In this document: positions 29,003 to 38,397 of the stretch, piece by piece | Position numbering within the stretch: the stretch's first letter is position 1 | Layout of the letters: each line of letters opens with the position of its first letter | Assembly (NCBI GenBank): GCA_036382775.1 | Contig: DASVHD010000036.1 | Span: 18,657-82,656, forward strand | Length of the DNA stretch: 64,000 bases | DNA from: a bacterium | GTDB lineage: Bacteria; Hydrothermota; Tepidihabitantia; SM23-42; JAOAFX01 | Direction: 5' to 3' | Notes under the pieces: model-generated | Seen by the model: the letters and a program-made list of their open reading frames with translations, nothing else | The model's database searches: none | Told to the model about the DNA's origin: nothing | Program-made: the position numbers and the translations under genes

Positions 29003-30871
29003 CTACTCTTTCCTGGTTTTAATTCTATCCACGATCGACTGGGCGTCAAGGCCGACCGTCTTGAGCAGCACCTCGCGCGGTCCGTGCTCGACGAAATTGT
29101 CGGGCAGTCCGATCGTCGTGATCGAGACGCCGGAGCTCATCGACCGGCAGAAATCGGTAACCGCGCTGCCAAAGCCGCCGATCATCGCGTTCTCCTCGAT
29201 CGTTACGATGCGCGCGGCTTTTTTCAACAGGTCTTTCAACATTTGGGTGTCCAGCGGCTTAGCGAAACGGGCATTGATGATCAAAGGATCATACCCTTTT
29301 GCCTGGAGCAATGGCAATGCTTCGACGGCTTTTTGCACCATCGAGCCGATCGCGAGGATCGCCAGGTCATTTTTCCCGCCCTGGTGAATAACCTCCCAGG
29401 TGCCGATCTTAAGCTCAGCCGGATCGCTGTTCTTGATCACGCTGCAACTTCCCCTGGGATAGCGGATAACAAAAGGCCCTTTGCGGTAATTAACCGCGGT
29501 TTTGAGCAGGGCGATCAGTTCCTCGCCGTCCTTGGGCGCGCTGACCACGGTATTGGGCACGCAACCGAAGAACGAAAGGTCGAACGGACCGTGATGCGTG
29601 GGCCCGTCCTCGCCGACCAGACCGGCGCGGTCAACGCAGAAGACCACCGGCGCTTTCTGCAGGCACACGTCATGGATTATCTGGTCATAGGCGCGCTGGA
29701 GGAACGTCGAATAGATCGCGCAAACCGGGATATAACCAGCAAGGGCGAGCGCGCTGGCCGTCGTGACCGCGTGTTGTTCGGTTATTCCCACGTCGAAGAA
29801 GCGGTCGGGCAGTTCCTCGCGGAACCTCGCCAATCCGGTGCCCAGGCACATCCCCGCCGTGATGGCGACGATCTTCGGGTTCTGCTTCGCAAGTGCGAGC
29901 AGGGCGTCGCCGAACACATCGGTGTACGAAATTTGTTTTGGTTTTTCCTTGCCGGTCAAAACATCGTAAGCGCCGATACCGTGGAACCGTTCGGGCTCGT
30001 CCTCGGCCGGCTTGTAGCCCTTGCCTTTGCGGGTCACGACATGGACTAAACGGGGTCCTTTCATATCCTTGACCCTGGTCAGCGTGTCGATCAGATCGTT
30101 GAGCTTGTGACCGTCCAACGGTCCGATATACCGGAAACCAAGTTCCTCGAAGATCACGGCCGGCGCGTAGAGACCCTTAAGGCCTTCCTGAATCCGCTTC
30201 GCGAAATTCCTGCCGCGCTCGCGCATATAGGGAGGAAATTTCCCTATGAACATCCACAGATCGTCGCGGAACCGGTTATAGGTCCGCGTCGTGATGATCT
30301 TGGTCAGATACTGGGAGAGCGCGCCGACCGATTCGCCGATCGACCGCTCGTTGTCGTTGAGGACGACCATTACGTCCTTTTTCATATGGCCTATATGGTT
30401 CAGCGCTTCAAATGCCATGCCCGTGGCCAGCGATCCGTCGCCGATCACGCTGATGATCTTGTACTTTTCATTGTTCAGGTCGCGGGCCAGGACGAACCCC
30501 GCGGCCGCGGACAAAGAGGTCGATGAATGTCCGGTATCGAAAACGTCGAACCGGGATTCCTTGCGCTTGGGAAATCCGCTGATGCCCTTGTGTTTGCGCA
30601 GGGTCTTGAACGCTGCATACCTGCCGGTCACAAGCTTCTGGGCATAGGTCTGGTGACCCACGTCCCAGATGATCTTATCCTGTTCCGCGTCAAAGACGCG
30701 GTACAGCGCAAGCGTCAGTTCCACGACGCCCAGAGAGGGCGCGAGGTGCCCGCCCGTCTTCGAGCAGGTCTGGATCATTTCATTGCGGATCTCCTGGCAT
30801 AGAACCTGGAGCTGTTCCAGTGACAGTTCTTTTAGGTCATTGGGATTTTTGATATTTTCAAGGATAGACAT
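29003..30871 (-). CDS. dxs: 1-deoxy-D-xylulose-5-phosphate synthase
   Basis: GGHLAPSLGVVEL, WDVGHQ, GHSSTS, IGDG, DVGITEQH, YSTFLQRAYDQ, DGPTHHG. Confidence 0.97.
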   Translation of the reverse strand: MSILENIKNPNDLKELSLEQLQVLCQEIRNEMIQTCSKTGGHLAPSLGVVELTLALYRVFDAEQDKIIWDVGHQTYAQKLVTGRYAAFKTLRKHKGISGFPKRKESRFDVFDTGHSSTSLSAAAGFVLARDLNNEKYKIISVIGDGSLATGMAFEALNHIGHMKKDVMVVLNDNERSIGESVGALSQYLTKIITTRTYNRFRDDLWMFIGKFPPYMRERGRNFAKRIQEGLKGLYAPAVIFEELGFRYIGPLDGHKLNDLIDTLTRVKDMKGPRLVHVVTRKGKGYKPAEDEPERFHGIGAYDVLTGKEKPKQISYTDVFGDALLALAKQNPKIVAITAGMCLGTGLARFREELPDRFFDVGITEQHAVTTASALALAGYIPVCAIYSTFLQRAYDQIIHDVCLQKAPVVFCVDRAGLVGEDGPTHHGPFDLSFFGCVPNTVVSAPKDGEELIALLKTAVNYRKGPFVIRYPRGSCSVIKNSDPAELKIGTWEVIHQGGKNDLAILAIGSMVQKAVEALPLLQAKGYDPLIINARFAKPLDTQMLKDLLKKAARIVTIEENAMIGGFGSAVTDFCRSMSSGVSITTIGLPDNFVEHGPREVLLKTVGLDAQSIVDRIKTRKE

Positions 30872-30934
30872 TTCAGTTATTGGTTATCGCGATAGTATGT
30901 TATATCTATATAGAAATCTATACTGGGTTACCTG

Positions 30935-31798
30935 TTAAAATGTTCGGTTTAAAATGAAATCCGTGAGTTCGCTGAAAACATTGAAACGCGCGCCCAATTT
31001 CAGGAAACGTTTTTTTGCCAGGGCCGCATACCGCTGGGCGCGGAACCGCGCACCGTCGAGCCCGTATACGCGGAGCGCCGTCAATTTTCCCGCCTTGTCG
31101 TCTTTCCCAGGTGTCTTACCGAGACTGTCCTTTTTACCGACCATGTCGAGGATATCATCAGTGTACTGGAACAGGATCCCCATGAAGATCCCGGCAGAAT
31201 AAAGGGTATCTATCACTGCCCGCGCGGCCCGCGCCATGATCGCGCCCGCCTGGATCGATACCGCGATGAACTTCGCGGTCTTATTCAGATGGATAAGTCT
31301 CAATGTCTTCGGGTTCAATTCCTTGTGTTCCTCGATATCCAGGACCTGACCATAAACGATCCCTTTGGGCCCGACCGCCCGGCTGACGGTCGCGACCACT
31401 TCCATTTTTTCAGGGGCATGGTCGGCACCTGCGGTCATAAGTTCATAAGCGTAGGCGTATAACCCGTCGCCGGCAAGGATCGCCCTGGCTTCGCCAAATT
31501 TCTTGTGGGACGACTCGCGCCCGCGGCGAAAATCATCGTTGTCCATGGACGGCAGGTCATCATGGATGAGCGAGTACGTATGGATGAGCTCCAGGCTGCA
31601 CGCGACACCCATGATCCCGGCAGTATCGGTACCGCCGCTGGCTTCATAGCTGGCGATCGCCAATATCGGACGGATCCTTTTGCCTTGTTCCAGGGAATAC
31701 TGCATGACATTGTAGAAAGGATTTCCGCCGGCGAAATATCTTTTTAGAGCGTCGTCAACCACTGCCTTCTTTTCTTTCAAATACATATTTATGTCCAT
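30935..31798 (-). CDS. ispA: polyprenyl (farnesyl/geranylgeranyl) diphosphate synthase
   Basis: GKRIRP, SLIHDDLPSMDNDDFRRG, FQYTDDILD, GKTPGKD. Confidence 0.92.
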   Translation of the reverse strand: MDINMYLKEKKAVVDDALKRYFAGGNPFYNVMQYSLEQGKRIRPILAIASYEASGGTDTAGIMGVACSLELIHTYSLIHDDLPSMDNDDFRRGRESSHKKFGEARAILAGDGLYAYAYELMTAGADHAPEKMEVVATVSRAVGPKGIVYGQVLDIEEHKELNPKTLRLIHLNKTAKFIAVSIQAGAIMARAARAVIDTLYSAGIFMGILFQYTDDILDMVGKKDSLGKTPGKDDKAGKLTALRVYGLDGARFRAQRYAALAKKRFLKLGARFNVFSELTDFILNRTF

Positions 31799-31811
31799 CT
31801 TAAGTGTTATA

Positions 31812-31839
31812 ATTTTAACGCAAAATGGCCTTTTGTCAA
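31812..31839 (-). promoter_or_regulatory. sigma70-type promoter TTGACA-N16-TAAAAT for the ispA-dxs-sprA-...-tatC run
   Basis: Near-consensus hexamers, 13 nt before ATG 31798. Confidence 0.65.
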
Positions 31840-31870
31840 GAGGTACTGCAGAGATTTCTGCTCTGCCTTA

Positions 31871-31978
31871 CCTCCCCCTTGATGGGGGAGGATAGAGGTG
31901 GGGTTGACTGTTGTATCTTATTCGTTACCCTTTTATGTATTTCACCCTCCCCTTTATCCCCTCCCGTCAAGGGAGGGG
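31871..31978. repeat. inverted pair of GC-rich palindromic REP/MITE-like units (family A)
   Basis: cctcccccttgatgggggaggatagaggtggggttga (31871-31907) and tcaccctcccctttatcccctcccgtcaagggagggg (31942-31978) are approximate reverse complements, each with an internal hairpin. Confidence 0.8.
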
Positions 31979-32075
31979 AAGTGTTGGAGGAACATATATT
32001 TTAATGTAGAGAGCATTAAAAATTAAAAAATCTGGGCATTGATTTATGAGTTAAGATATATATTGTATATAATAT

Positions 32076-33083
32076 ATGGAATTTTTGGATAGAAACTTAA
32101 ACGGTTCGGTGTTCATATGCGCGGGAGAACCATCCGGCGATCTCTATGGAGCGTATTTCGCTGATCTGATCAAAAAAGATCATTCAAAAATAAAGTTCTA
32201 TGGTATCGGCGGACCCAGAATGGCCCGGTCCGGTGTTGAGATCCTTGGTGATTATCAGGGAATGTCCATGATGACCTTTGGATTTTCCGCTGGTTTATCA
32301 GGGATCGTCCAAAATTACCGGGCGTATCGCAAGATCTGCCGTTTGATCCGGAGAACAAAGCCGGAGACCTTTATCGCGGTCGCTTACCCGGGCGTGAACC
32401 TCCTGCTTGGCAGGTACGCGAAAGATCATGGAATGAAAGTCTACTATCTCATGCCGCCCCAGATCTGGGCGTGGGGCGCTTTCAGGAAATATTTTCTGAA
32501 AAAATGGACCGACCAGGTGATATCGCTTTTTCCGTTCGAGCACCGGTTTCTTCAGCAACTGGGCATGCATTCCATCCTGCTGGAAAATCCACTCCGCCAG
32601 GAATTGCAGAAATACCGGCGCCGCGATCACAAGAAACGCATTGGCTTCATGCCTGGTTCGCGTCCCGGCATGATCAGGCGGAATATGACCGTTATACAAA
32701 AGTTAGCGGCTGCCATGAAAGCTCAAAAAGCCGGCGCTGGCACTGAATATGTTCTCATCTTTCCCCCATCAATGGATAGCTCCCCGTTCCCGCTTCCCAG
32801 CCCCAACCCATTCATTATATCTTATGATCATTACCAGGCAATGCGCGACTGCGATCTTCTGGTCACCTGCTCGGGCACGGCGTCCCTGGAAGCCGCGTTC
32901 ATGGGTATCCCCCAGGTCTTTTTCCATCGGCCTTCGTTCTTTGACTACCACATCGCCCGGCATTTTATCCGCTTGAAGGAATACAACCTTGCGAACCTGT
33001 ATTTTGAAAAAAAAATTGCACCATCATATATCTGCCGGAGCATCAAAGACCTGGTCGCGCTGTTGACTAAGCACCTGATTTGA
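32076..33083 (+). CDS. lpxB: lipid-A-disaccharide synthase (LpxB family)
   Basis: AGEPSGDLYG, GIGGPRM, YPGVN, PPQIWAW, FPFE, PGSR, SGTASLEAA. Confidence 0.88.
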   Translation: MEFLDRNLNGSVFICAGEPSGDLYGAYFADLIKKDHSKIKFYGIGGPRMARSGVEILGDYQGMSMMTFGFSAGLSGIVQNYRAYRKICRLIRRTKPETFIAVAYPGVNLLLGRYAKDHGMKVYYLMPPQIWAWGAFRKYFLKKWTDQVISLFPFEHRFLQQLGMHSILLENPLRQELQKYRRRDHKKRIGFMPGSRPGMIRRNMTVIQKLAAAMKAQKAGAGTEYVLIFPPSMDSSPFPLPSPNPFIISYDHYQAMRDCDLLVTCSGTASLEAAFMGIPQVFFHRPSFFDYHIARHFIRLKEYNLANLYFEKKIAPSYICRSIKDLVALLTKHLI

Positions 33084-33101
33084 GGTATAATTAATCAGGC
33101 A

Positions 33102-33950
33102 ATGGAAATCGCTAACCTGGTGACCCATCCTTTCGGCATCGGTGAAAAACTTATTTTAGAATTGATGAAGCAGGGCGAGACCGTCCACACGGTCTACGCT
33201 TCGCCCAAGGACGTGCCCATGTCCTTGCTCGGCAAACCGCGGTTGAAATGGGGATTTTACAAGTTCGAGGGCGACAAGGATCTGAACATGGAAAAAGGCC
33301 TACCCCGGAAAGTGGAGACTGTTTTCCATATCTTCGACCTTTACGGCGGTTCCATCCCCCGACTGATGATGGCCAACACCATGACTACGGTCCTACTCCT
33401 GGATTGGGCGAAAAAGGTCGGCGCCAAACAGTTCATCTTCGTTTCCACGGGCGAGGTTTACGGTAATGGCAGGGCGTGTTCTGAGACCACGCCATATAAC
33501 CCCCGCAGCGCCTACGCAACCACGAAATTCCAATCCGAGATCATTTCGCGCTATTATAGCCGGAGCATTGCGCTCAAGACCGTGCGGCTGTTCTTCCCTT
33601 TCGGAAAAGGCATGAACCAGGGATACATACACAACCTAGTCGAGTCCGTGAAAACGAACGGCACGATCGAAACCGAATACGGAACGATAACGCCGACCTA
33701 CGCAGATGACGTTATCGGACCGCTGATCAAAGTCCGCGGTGTCAATGACGTCATCGGCTTCAATTTCTGCGGGAATCCCATGGCTGTGGCCGACGTGGTC
33801 AAAGTCATTGAAGGCGCGCTCAACAAAACCGCCAAAAAAGTCGTCATGGGTAAGGCGGAGTTGACCGGGAACAATGCCAAGGCGAGAGAATTGCTCGGAT
33901 TCAGGGAAACGCCGTTTGACCAGGCAGTGCGGCAATCGTTCGGTTCCTAA
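33102..33950 (+). CDS. atypical NAD-dependent epimerase/dehydratase (extended SDR)
   Basis: FVSTGEVYG, YATTK, RLFFPFG. N-terminal glycine motif degenerate (THPFGIG). Confidence 0.75.
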   Translation: MEIANLVTHPFGIGEKLILELMKQGETVHTVYASPKDVPMSLLGKPRLKWGFYKFEGDKDLNMEKGLPRKVETVFHIFDLYGGSIPRLMMANTMTTVLLLDWAKKVGAKQFIFVSTGEVYGNGRACSETTPYNPRSAYATTKFQSEIISRYYSRSIALKTVRLFFPFGKGMNQGYIHNLVESVKTNGTIETEYGTITPTYADDVIGPLIKVRGVNDVIGFNFCGNPMAVADVVKVIEGALNKTAKKVVMGKAELTGNNAKARELLGFRETPFDQAVRQSFGS

Positions 33951-34028
33951 ATCCGCGGTTTTGGCTATGATCCATTCTTTGATCCATCATTAGATGCATC
34001 ATCCTCTGTTCACAGCCAGTCTGCCATT

Positions 34029-35468
34029 ATGATCGACATCCTGCTGGTCAATCCCCGGGAAACCGGAAGGTTCTTTGAAAAAATGCCGCCGCTGGGCCCG
34101 GCATCGATCGCCGCAAACCTGGAAAAAAACGAATACTCGGTAAAGATCATCGATTTCGAGATCGAAAAGCAACCGCTTGAATACTGGTTGAACCGTTTTC
34201 ATCCGCGGTTTCTTGGTATCTCAGGGACGACCCACACGCGTTTTGAAGCGTTCCGGCTCGCGCGTGAAGCCAAGGCCTTTGATAAAACGATCACCGTCGT
34301 TTATGGCGGCGTTCACGCCTCATGCGCTGCGGTTAACACGCTCAACAAAATTCCTGAGATCGATTTTATCGTCCGCGGCGAGGGTGAAGAGACGGTCGTC
34401 AACATGATCAAGGCGTATAAGACCGACCTTGACTTCTCCATCATCCGGGGGCTTGCTTACCGGGGGGATGGCGTGATAATTGACAACCCCCAGGCGCACC
34501 GCGCCGATCTTAATGACCTCCCCATGCCCGCGTACCATCTCCTTGACATGAAACGTTACTCGCTCAGGATGCCGTTCAATAACCGGAAAGGGATCTCCCT
34601 GATCACGTCGCGCGGCTGCCAGGCGCGATGCACCTTCTGCTCGGCAAGCCATATGTTCAGCCATCTGGTCACGACAAGATCAGCTCCGCTCGTGGCCGAC
34701 GAGATCTCCCGGCTTTTCACGGCTTATGGTTATGAAGCGGTCAAGATCTTCGACAGCACATTCACGATAGATCGCGATCACGCGCTCGGATTCTGCCGTG
34801 AGATCACAAACCGCGACCTGAAATTCCCCTGGGAATGCGAGATCAGGGTTGGTACGGTCGATATAGAACTCCTCGAAAAGATGCAGGAAGCGGGCTGCTA
34901 TCATGTCGACGTCGGCATCGAATCCGGCAGCCAGAAGGTCCTCGACCTGATGCGCAAGGGCATAACCGTGGAACAGGCGCATGATACTCTCCAGCTGTGT
35001 CATAAGATCGGTCTCAAGATCAAAGCGTTCTTTTCCTATGGACATATCGGCGAAACCATGAAAGATGTGGATATGACCTTCGCCTTCATTGAAAAGCATA
35101 AGGACATGATCGACGTGGTCGCCAGCGGCGCCGGCGTGAGGATCTATCCCGGAACATATCTGGAAACATACGCCCGCAAGAACGATCTGCTCCCGGCTGA
35201 TTTTGAGTGGAGCCTGCCGTACGAGGATGAGCGACTCGAGTCGATCTTCCAGACGCCATCCGTACCGGTTTTGATCCAGGCGCAGCTGGGGTATGCCGAA
35301 CTGGAGAAGATCGCGCTCCGGATATATGGTAACCGATATCGCGGCTGGGACGGATTCAAGCTTGGGCTGACCAAAGTGACCGATCCGGTCAAGCTGCGTA
35401 AGTTAACCCGGGTCATGAAATTAAAGTTGAAGGATAGATTTAAAAAGCCAGATCCAGACAAAACTTGA
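34029..35468 (+). CDS. cobalamin-binding radical SAM protein
   Basis: PPLG, YGGVHA, RGEGE, SRGCQARCTFC, GIESGSQ. Confidence 0.9.
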   Translation: MIDILLVNPRETGRFFEKMPPLGPASIAANLEKNEYSVKIIDFEIEKQPLEYWLNRFHPRFLGISGTTHTRFEAFRLAREAKAFDKTITVVYGGVHASCAAVNTLNKIPEIDFIVRGEGEETVVNMIKAYKTDLDFSIIRGLAYRGDGVIIDNPQAHRADLNDLPMPAYHLLDMKRYSLRMPFNNRKGISLITSRGCQARCTFCSASHMFSHLVTTRSAPLVADEISRLFTAYGYEAVKIFDSTFTIDRDHALGFCREITNRDLKFPWECEIRVGTVDIELLEKMQEAGCYHVDVGIESGSQKVLDLMRKGITVEQAHDTLQLCHKIGLKIKAFFSYGHIGETMKDVDMTFAFIEKHKDMIDVVASGAGVRIYPGTYLETYARKNDLLPADFEWSLPYEDERLESIFQTPSVPVLIQAQLGYAELEKIALRIYGNRYRGWDGFKLGLTKVTDPVKLRKLTRVMKLKLKDRFKKPDPDKT

Positions 35469-36538
35469 AGATCCTGCACGTGACGTTCGAGAATTTTCAG
35501 GATGTACCCGGGCTCCTGAGCCGCAGCCACGCTTTTTTCGGCGATCAGGGAGCATTGGTAACGATGTCGCGCTCAAAACTGGGGTTTCCGAACGGCATTC
35601 TGCTTAATTATCCGATGCTGAACTCGCCGGTCATACGCCGCATGCGTTCGCTGACCGGCCGGGAGAACGTGAACGTGCCGGGCGACCGGCTCAGTCTGCG
35701 CATCCGGGGAAACCACTGGGGCAAGCGTCTTTTTCTGAAAACACGGGACCTGCTTTGGCTCCAGCGCCTGCATAATGCGTGGCAGCAGGATGAACTCGAT
35801 AGTTATGATATCTACCATTTTGACGGTGACATGCCGTTCATCTTCGGTGACCGGATCCTCAAAAAACTAAAGGACAAAAAAAAACACCTGGTAACGCACT
35901 TCTTCGGCACTGATCTGCGCAAATGGGGTATGAACCCCTATCTCAAAAACGATGCCGAGCTCAGGTTCACGTCCGAGGTTGACCATACAAAGATCGATCC
36001 TTCATTGATATTTGTGCCCATACCTTACGAGGCTGACCGCGTGATGCCCCGGGATAGTGAAAACGCAGTTCTCAGGATCGGGCATTCGCCGACCCGGCGC
36101 ACCGCTAAAGGTACGCAGGATATCATGGATTCGATCGCCCGGATCCAGCGAAAAAGCAAGCCCAGGTTCGAGTTCGTGCTCATCGAGAACGTCTCCCACC
36201 GCCGGTGCATGGAGATCAAGGCGACCTGCGACATCGGCATTGACCAGGTCGGGAATTACGCGGGCACGGCGTATGGCCGGAGCGGATTGGAATTCCTCGC
36301 CCTTGGCAAACCGACGATCACCGAGATACCGGATGAATATGAACATCTTCTACCCGGCCATCCTTTTATAAAAGCCACCAAGGATACTCTGACCGGCGTG
36401 ATCGCAAGGACGCTGGAAAATGGCGATCTGCGGCGGCAAAAACGAAAACAGGGTATTGACTGGGTTAGAACATTCCCCCATCCCCGGCGCATCATCTCCC
36501 TCATGTATGATGAATACCACAGGCTGGGTTGGAAGTGA
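35465..36538 (+). CDS. GT-B glycosyltransferase-like protein
   Basis: MKILHV, THFFGTDLR, HSPTRR..KGT, DIGIDQ..YG..GLEFLALGKP. Confidence 0.7.
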   Translation: MKILHVTFENFQDVPGLLSRSHAFFGDQGALVTMSRSKLGFPNGILLNYPMLNSPVIRRMRSLTGRENVNVPGDRLSLRIRGNHWGKRLFLKTRDLLWLQRLHNAWQQDELDSYDIYHFDGDMPFIFGDRILKKLKDKKKHLVTHFFGTDLRKWGMNPYLKNDAELRFTSEVDHTKIDPSLIFVPIPYEADRVMPRDSENAVLRIGHSPTRRTAKGTQDIMDSIARIQRKSKPRFEFVLIENVSHRRCMEIKATCDIGIDQVGNYAGTAYGRSGLEFLALGKPTITEIPDEYEHLLPGHPFIKATKDTLTGVIARTLENGDLRRQKRKQGIDWVRTFPHPRRIISLMYDEYHRLGWK

Positions 36539-37692
36539 ACATTGTCGCCGATGAGCAGATCGCCTTTGTCCGTGAAGTATTCAGCCGCATCGGTAAGGTC
36601 CAGACCCTGCCGGCTGGCGCTATCACGGCAACGGCGGTGCGGCATGCCGACCTGCTTATCATCCGATCGGTAACAAAAGTTTCGGACGCGCTTCTCCGCG
36701 GTTCACGGATCAGGATCATCGGTACGGTCACGAGCGGTATTGACCATGTGGATGCCGGTGCCCTGCGTGGCCGCAGGATCAAGTTGATCCGCGCGCCGGG
36801 CTGTAACGCGCGGGCAGTGGCTGAATACGTCCTTGCCGGCATCATTGCGGTCGCGGAAAAAAAGGGTTTTGTACTGAACGGCAAGACCATTGGGATCATT
36901 GGCGTCGGTCATGTAGGGTCCCTGGTCGCCCGGTTCTGCCGGGCCATGGGAATGAAACTGATGCTTAACGACCCACTGCTCGCGGCAAGATCAGGAATTA
37001 AAAAACACCGGTTCAAACCGATCGCCGAGATCCTGAATAATGCCGATATCATTACCCTGCATGTGCCCCTGACCACTATTGGCAGATACGCCACCCGGCA
37101 TATGGTCAATGATGAATTTTTCGCGCGGTTAAAGAAAAAAGCCGTCCTTATTAACACATCGCGGGGAGCGGTCATAGATGAAAACGCTCTGATCAGAGCC
37201 ATACGGATGAGCAAGATCAGCGCGCTTGTGCTTGATGTCTGGGAACATGAACCCGGGATCAACCGTGCCGTGCTCGATATCGCCGATATCGGAACTCAAC
37301 ATATCGCCGGGCATTCATTCCTGGGCCGGCTTCGCGGTACAGCCATGGTCTATGACCAGTTCTACCGGGTCCTTGGTCTTAAAAGTTCAGGGGGCTGGTC
37401 TCCCCTGAGCCTTGCTCCGGCAAGCCGTCTCCAAACCGTATCAGTTACGTGGCGCGAAAATCCGGAGGAAGAAGCAATCCGGAAACTTGTTCATAAGATC
37501 TACGATCCAGTGTCAGATGGCCGTAAATTGCGAAAGTATCTGAAATTACCGCGGTCAGAGCAGTCCCGGTATTTTGAACGCTTGCGCGATTCTTATCCTC
37601 TACGCCCCGAATTTGGAGAAATCCGGATCGCCTGCCGGCAATGTCCTGAAGGTCTAATAAAAAAGTTGACCACACTTGGGTTTATCGTCTGA
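36535..37692 (+). CDS. pdxB: 4-phosphoerythronate dehydrogenase
   Basis: IVADEQI, IRSVTKV, GIDHVD, APGCNA, GVGHVG, LHVPLT, LDVWEHEP, HIAGHS. GTG start overlaps the upstream TGA. Confidence 0.9.
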   Translation: MNIVADEQIAFVREVFSRIGKVQTLPAGAITATAVRHADLLIIRSVTKVSDALLRGSRIRIIGTVTSGIDHVDAGALRGRRIKLIRAPGCNARAVAEYVLAGIIAVAEKKGFVLNGKTIGIIGVGHVGSLVARFCRAMGMKLMLNDPLLAARSGIKKHRFKPIAEILNNADIITLHVPLTTIGRYATRHMVNDEFFARLKKKAVLINTSRGAVIDENALIRAIRMSKISALVLDVWEHEPGINRAVLDIADIGTQHIAGHSFLGRLRGTAMVYDQFYRVLGLKSSGGWSPLSLAPASRLQTVSVTWRENPEEEAIRKLVHKIYDPVSDGRKLRKYLKLPRSEQSRYFERLRDSYPLRPEFGEIRIACRQCPEGLIKKLTTLGFIV

Positions 37693-37703
37693 GCATTGTC
37701 CAA

Positions 37704-37800
37704 TCCCCCCCACCCTACGCTCCTCCCACAGGGACACCAATTATCATGAAAGGTCCTTTTCCACGTCGCCCTCGAGGGGGGAGGAAAAAGGAGGGGGTGA
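37704..37800. repeat. second family-A palindromic element
   Basis: tcccccccaccctacgctcctccc... and ...ggggggaggaaaaaggagggggtga arms resemble those at 31871-31978 and 56713-56766. Confidence 0.65.
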
Positions 37801-37848
37801 ATTTTTTGTTTATGATAGGTTGTTGTCTGTTACTGGATTTACCGCGCA

Positions 37849-37876
37849 TTGACATTTTTGCGCGATTGCATATAAT
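37849..37876 (+). promoter_or_regulatory. sigma70 promoter TTGACA-N16-TATAAT of tRNA-Gly
   Basis: Perfect hexamers, 11 nt before the tRNA. Confidence 0.8.
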
Positions 37877-37887
37877 ATAAGTTATTC

Positions 37888-37959
37888 GCGGGAGTAGCTC
37901 AGTGGTGGAGCATCACCTTGCCAAGGTGAGGGTCGCGGGTTCAAATCCCGTCTCCCGCT
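37888..37959 (+). tRNA. tRNA-Gly (anticodon GCC), CCA not encoded
   Basis: GCGGGAG/CTCCCGC acceptor stem, D arm GCTC-AGTGGTG-GAGC, CACCT-TGCCA-AGGTG anticodon arm, GCGGG-TTCAAAT-CCCGT T arm. Confidence 0.97.
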
Positions 37960-37960
37960 G

Positions 37961-38135
37961 TAAATTCGGCCCACAGTCACCAAACGTAGTGCAGGTGAAT
38001 GTGGTAGCCGAATTTAAATCAGCCTTCCTAATATCTTTATCAAAGGACTGATTTAGTCTCGTCCTCATCATTATTATAACAATAGAAAAGACGAGGCAAC
38101 ATCCCGTTACTGCGGTCTTTTGCAGTAAACGGGAT
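37961..38135. other. four abutting stem-loops between tRNA-Gly and the converging small ORF
   Basis: taaattcggc/gccgaattta, taaatcag/ctgattta, gtctcgtc/gacgaggc, atcccgttactgc/gcagtaaacgggat. Confidence 0.7.
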
Positions 38136-38208
38136 TTCCTATTTATATGATAAAATCGAATAATAACGAATAATACTAATTCGTAACATTCGCTTTTCTT
38201 ATTCCTCT

Positions 38209-38370
38209 TTATGTCGGGAACCGGTTTTTGCTTTCTTCTTCCTTCGCCTTTTCTTCCTTATGCTTTCTTATGACATCTTCCCGTCGCTTCTGTTCGCCTT
38301 TTTGCAGCGCTGAAATGATGATCCACAGCACCGCCAGAACGATCACCAAGCCGATTATGATAAATAGCAT
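38209..38370 (-). CDS. 53-aa single-pass membrane protein (not in ORF track)
   Basis: GGAGGT RBS; MLFIIIGLVIVLAVLWIIISALQKGEQKRREDVIRKHKEEKAKEEESKNRFPT*. Confidence 0.75.
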   Translation of the reverse strand: MLFIIIGLVIVLAVLWIIISALQKGEQKRREDVIRKHKEEKAKEEESKNRFPT

Positions 38371-38397
38371 ATTAAATACCTCCTCTTATTAGCATTG

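Noticed and set aside
33968-34003. 12-bp triple repeat (tgatccattctt-like), and CATAAT x3 at 2435-2452
   Set aside because: Too short and degenerate to interpret beyond the general repeat-richness already reported.
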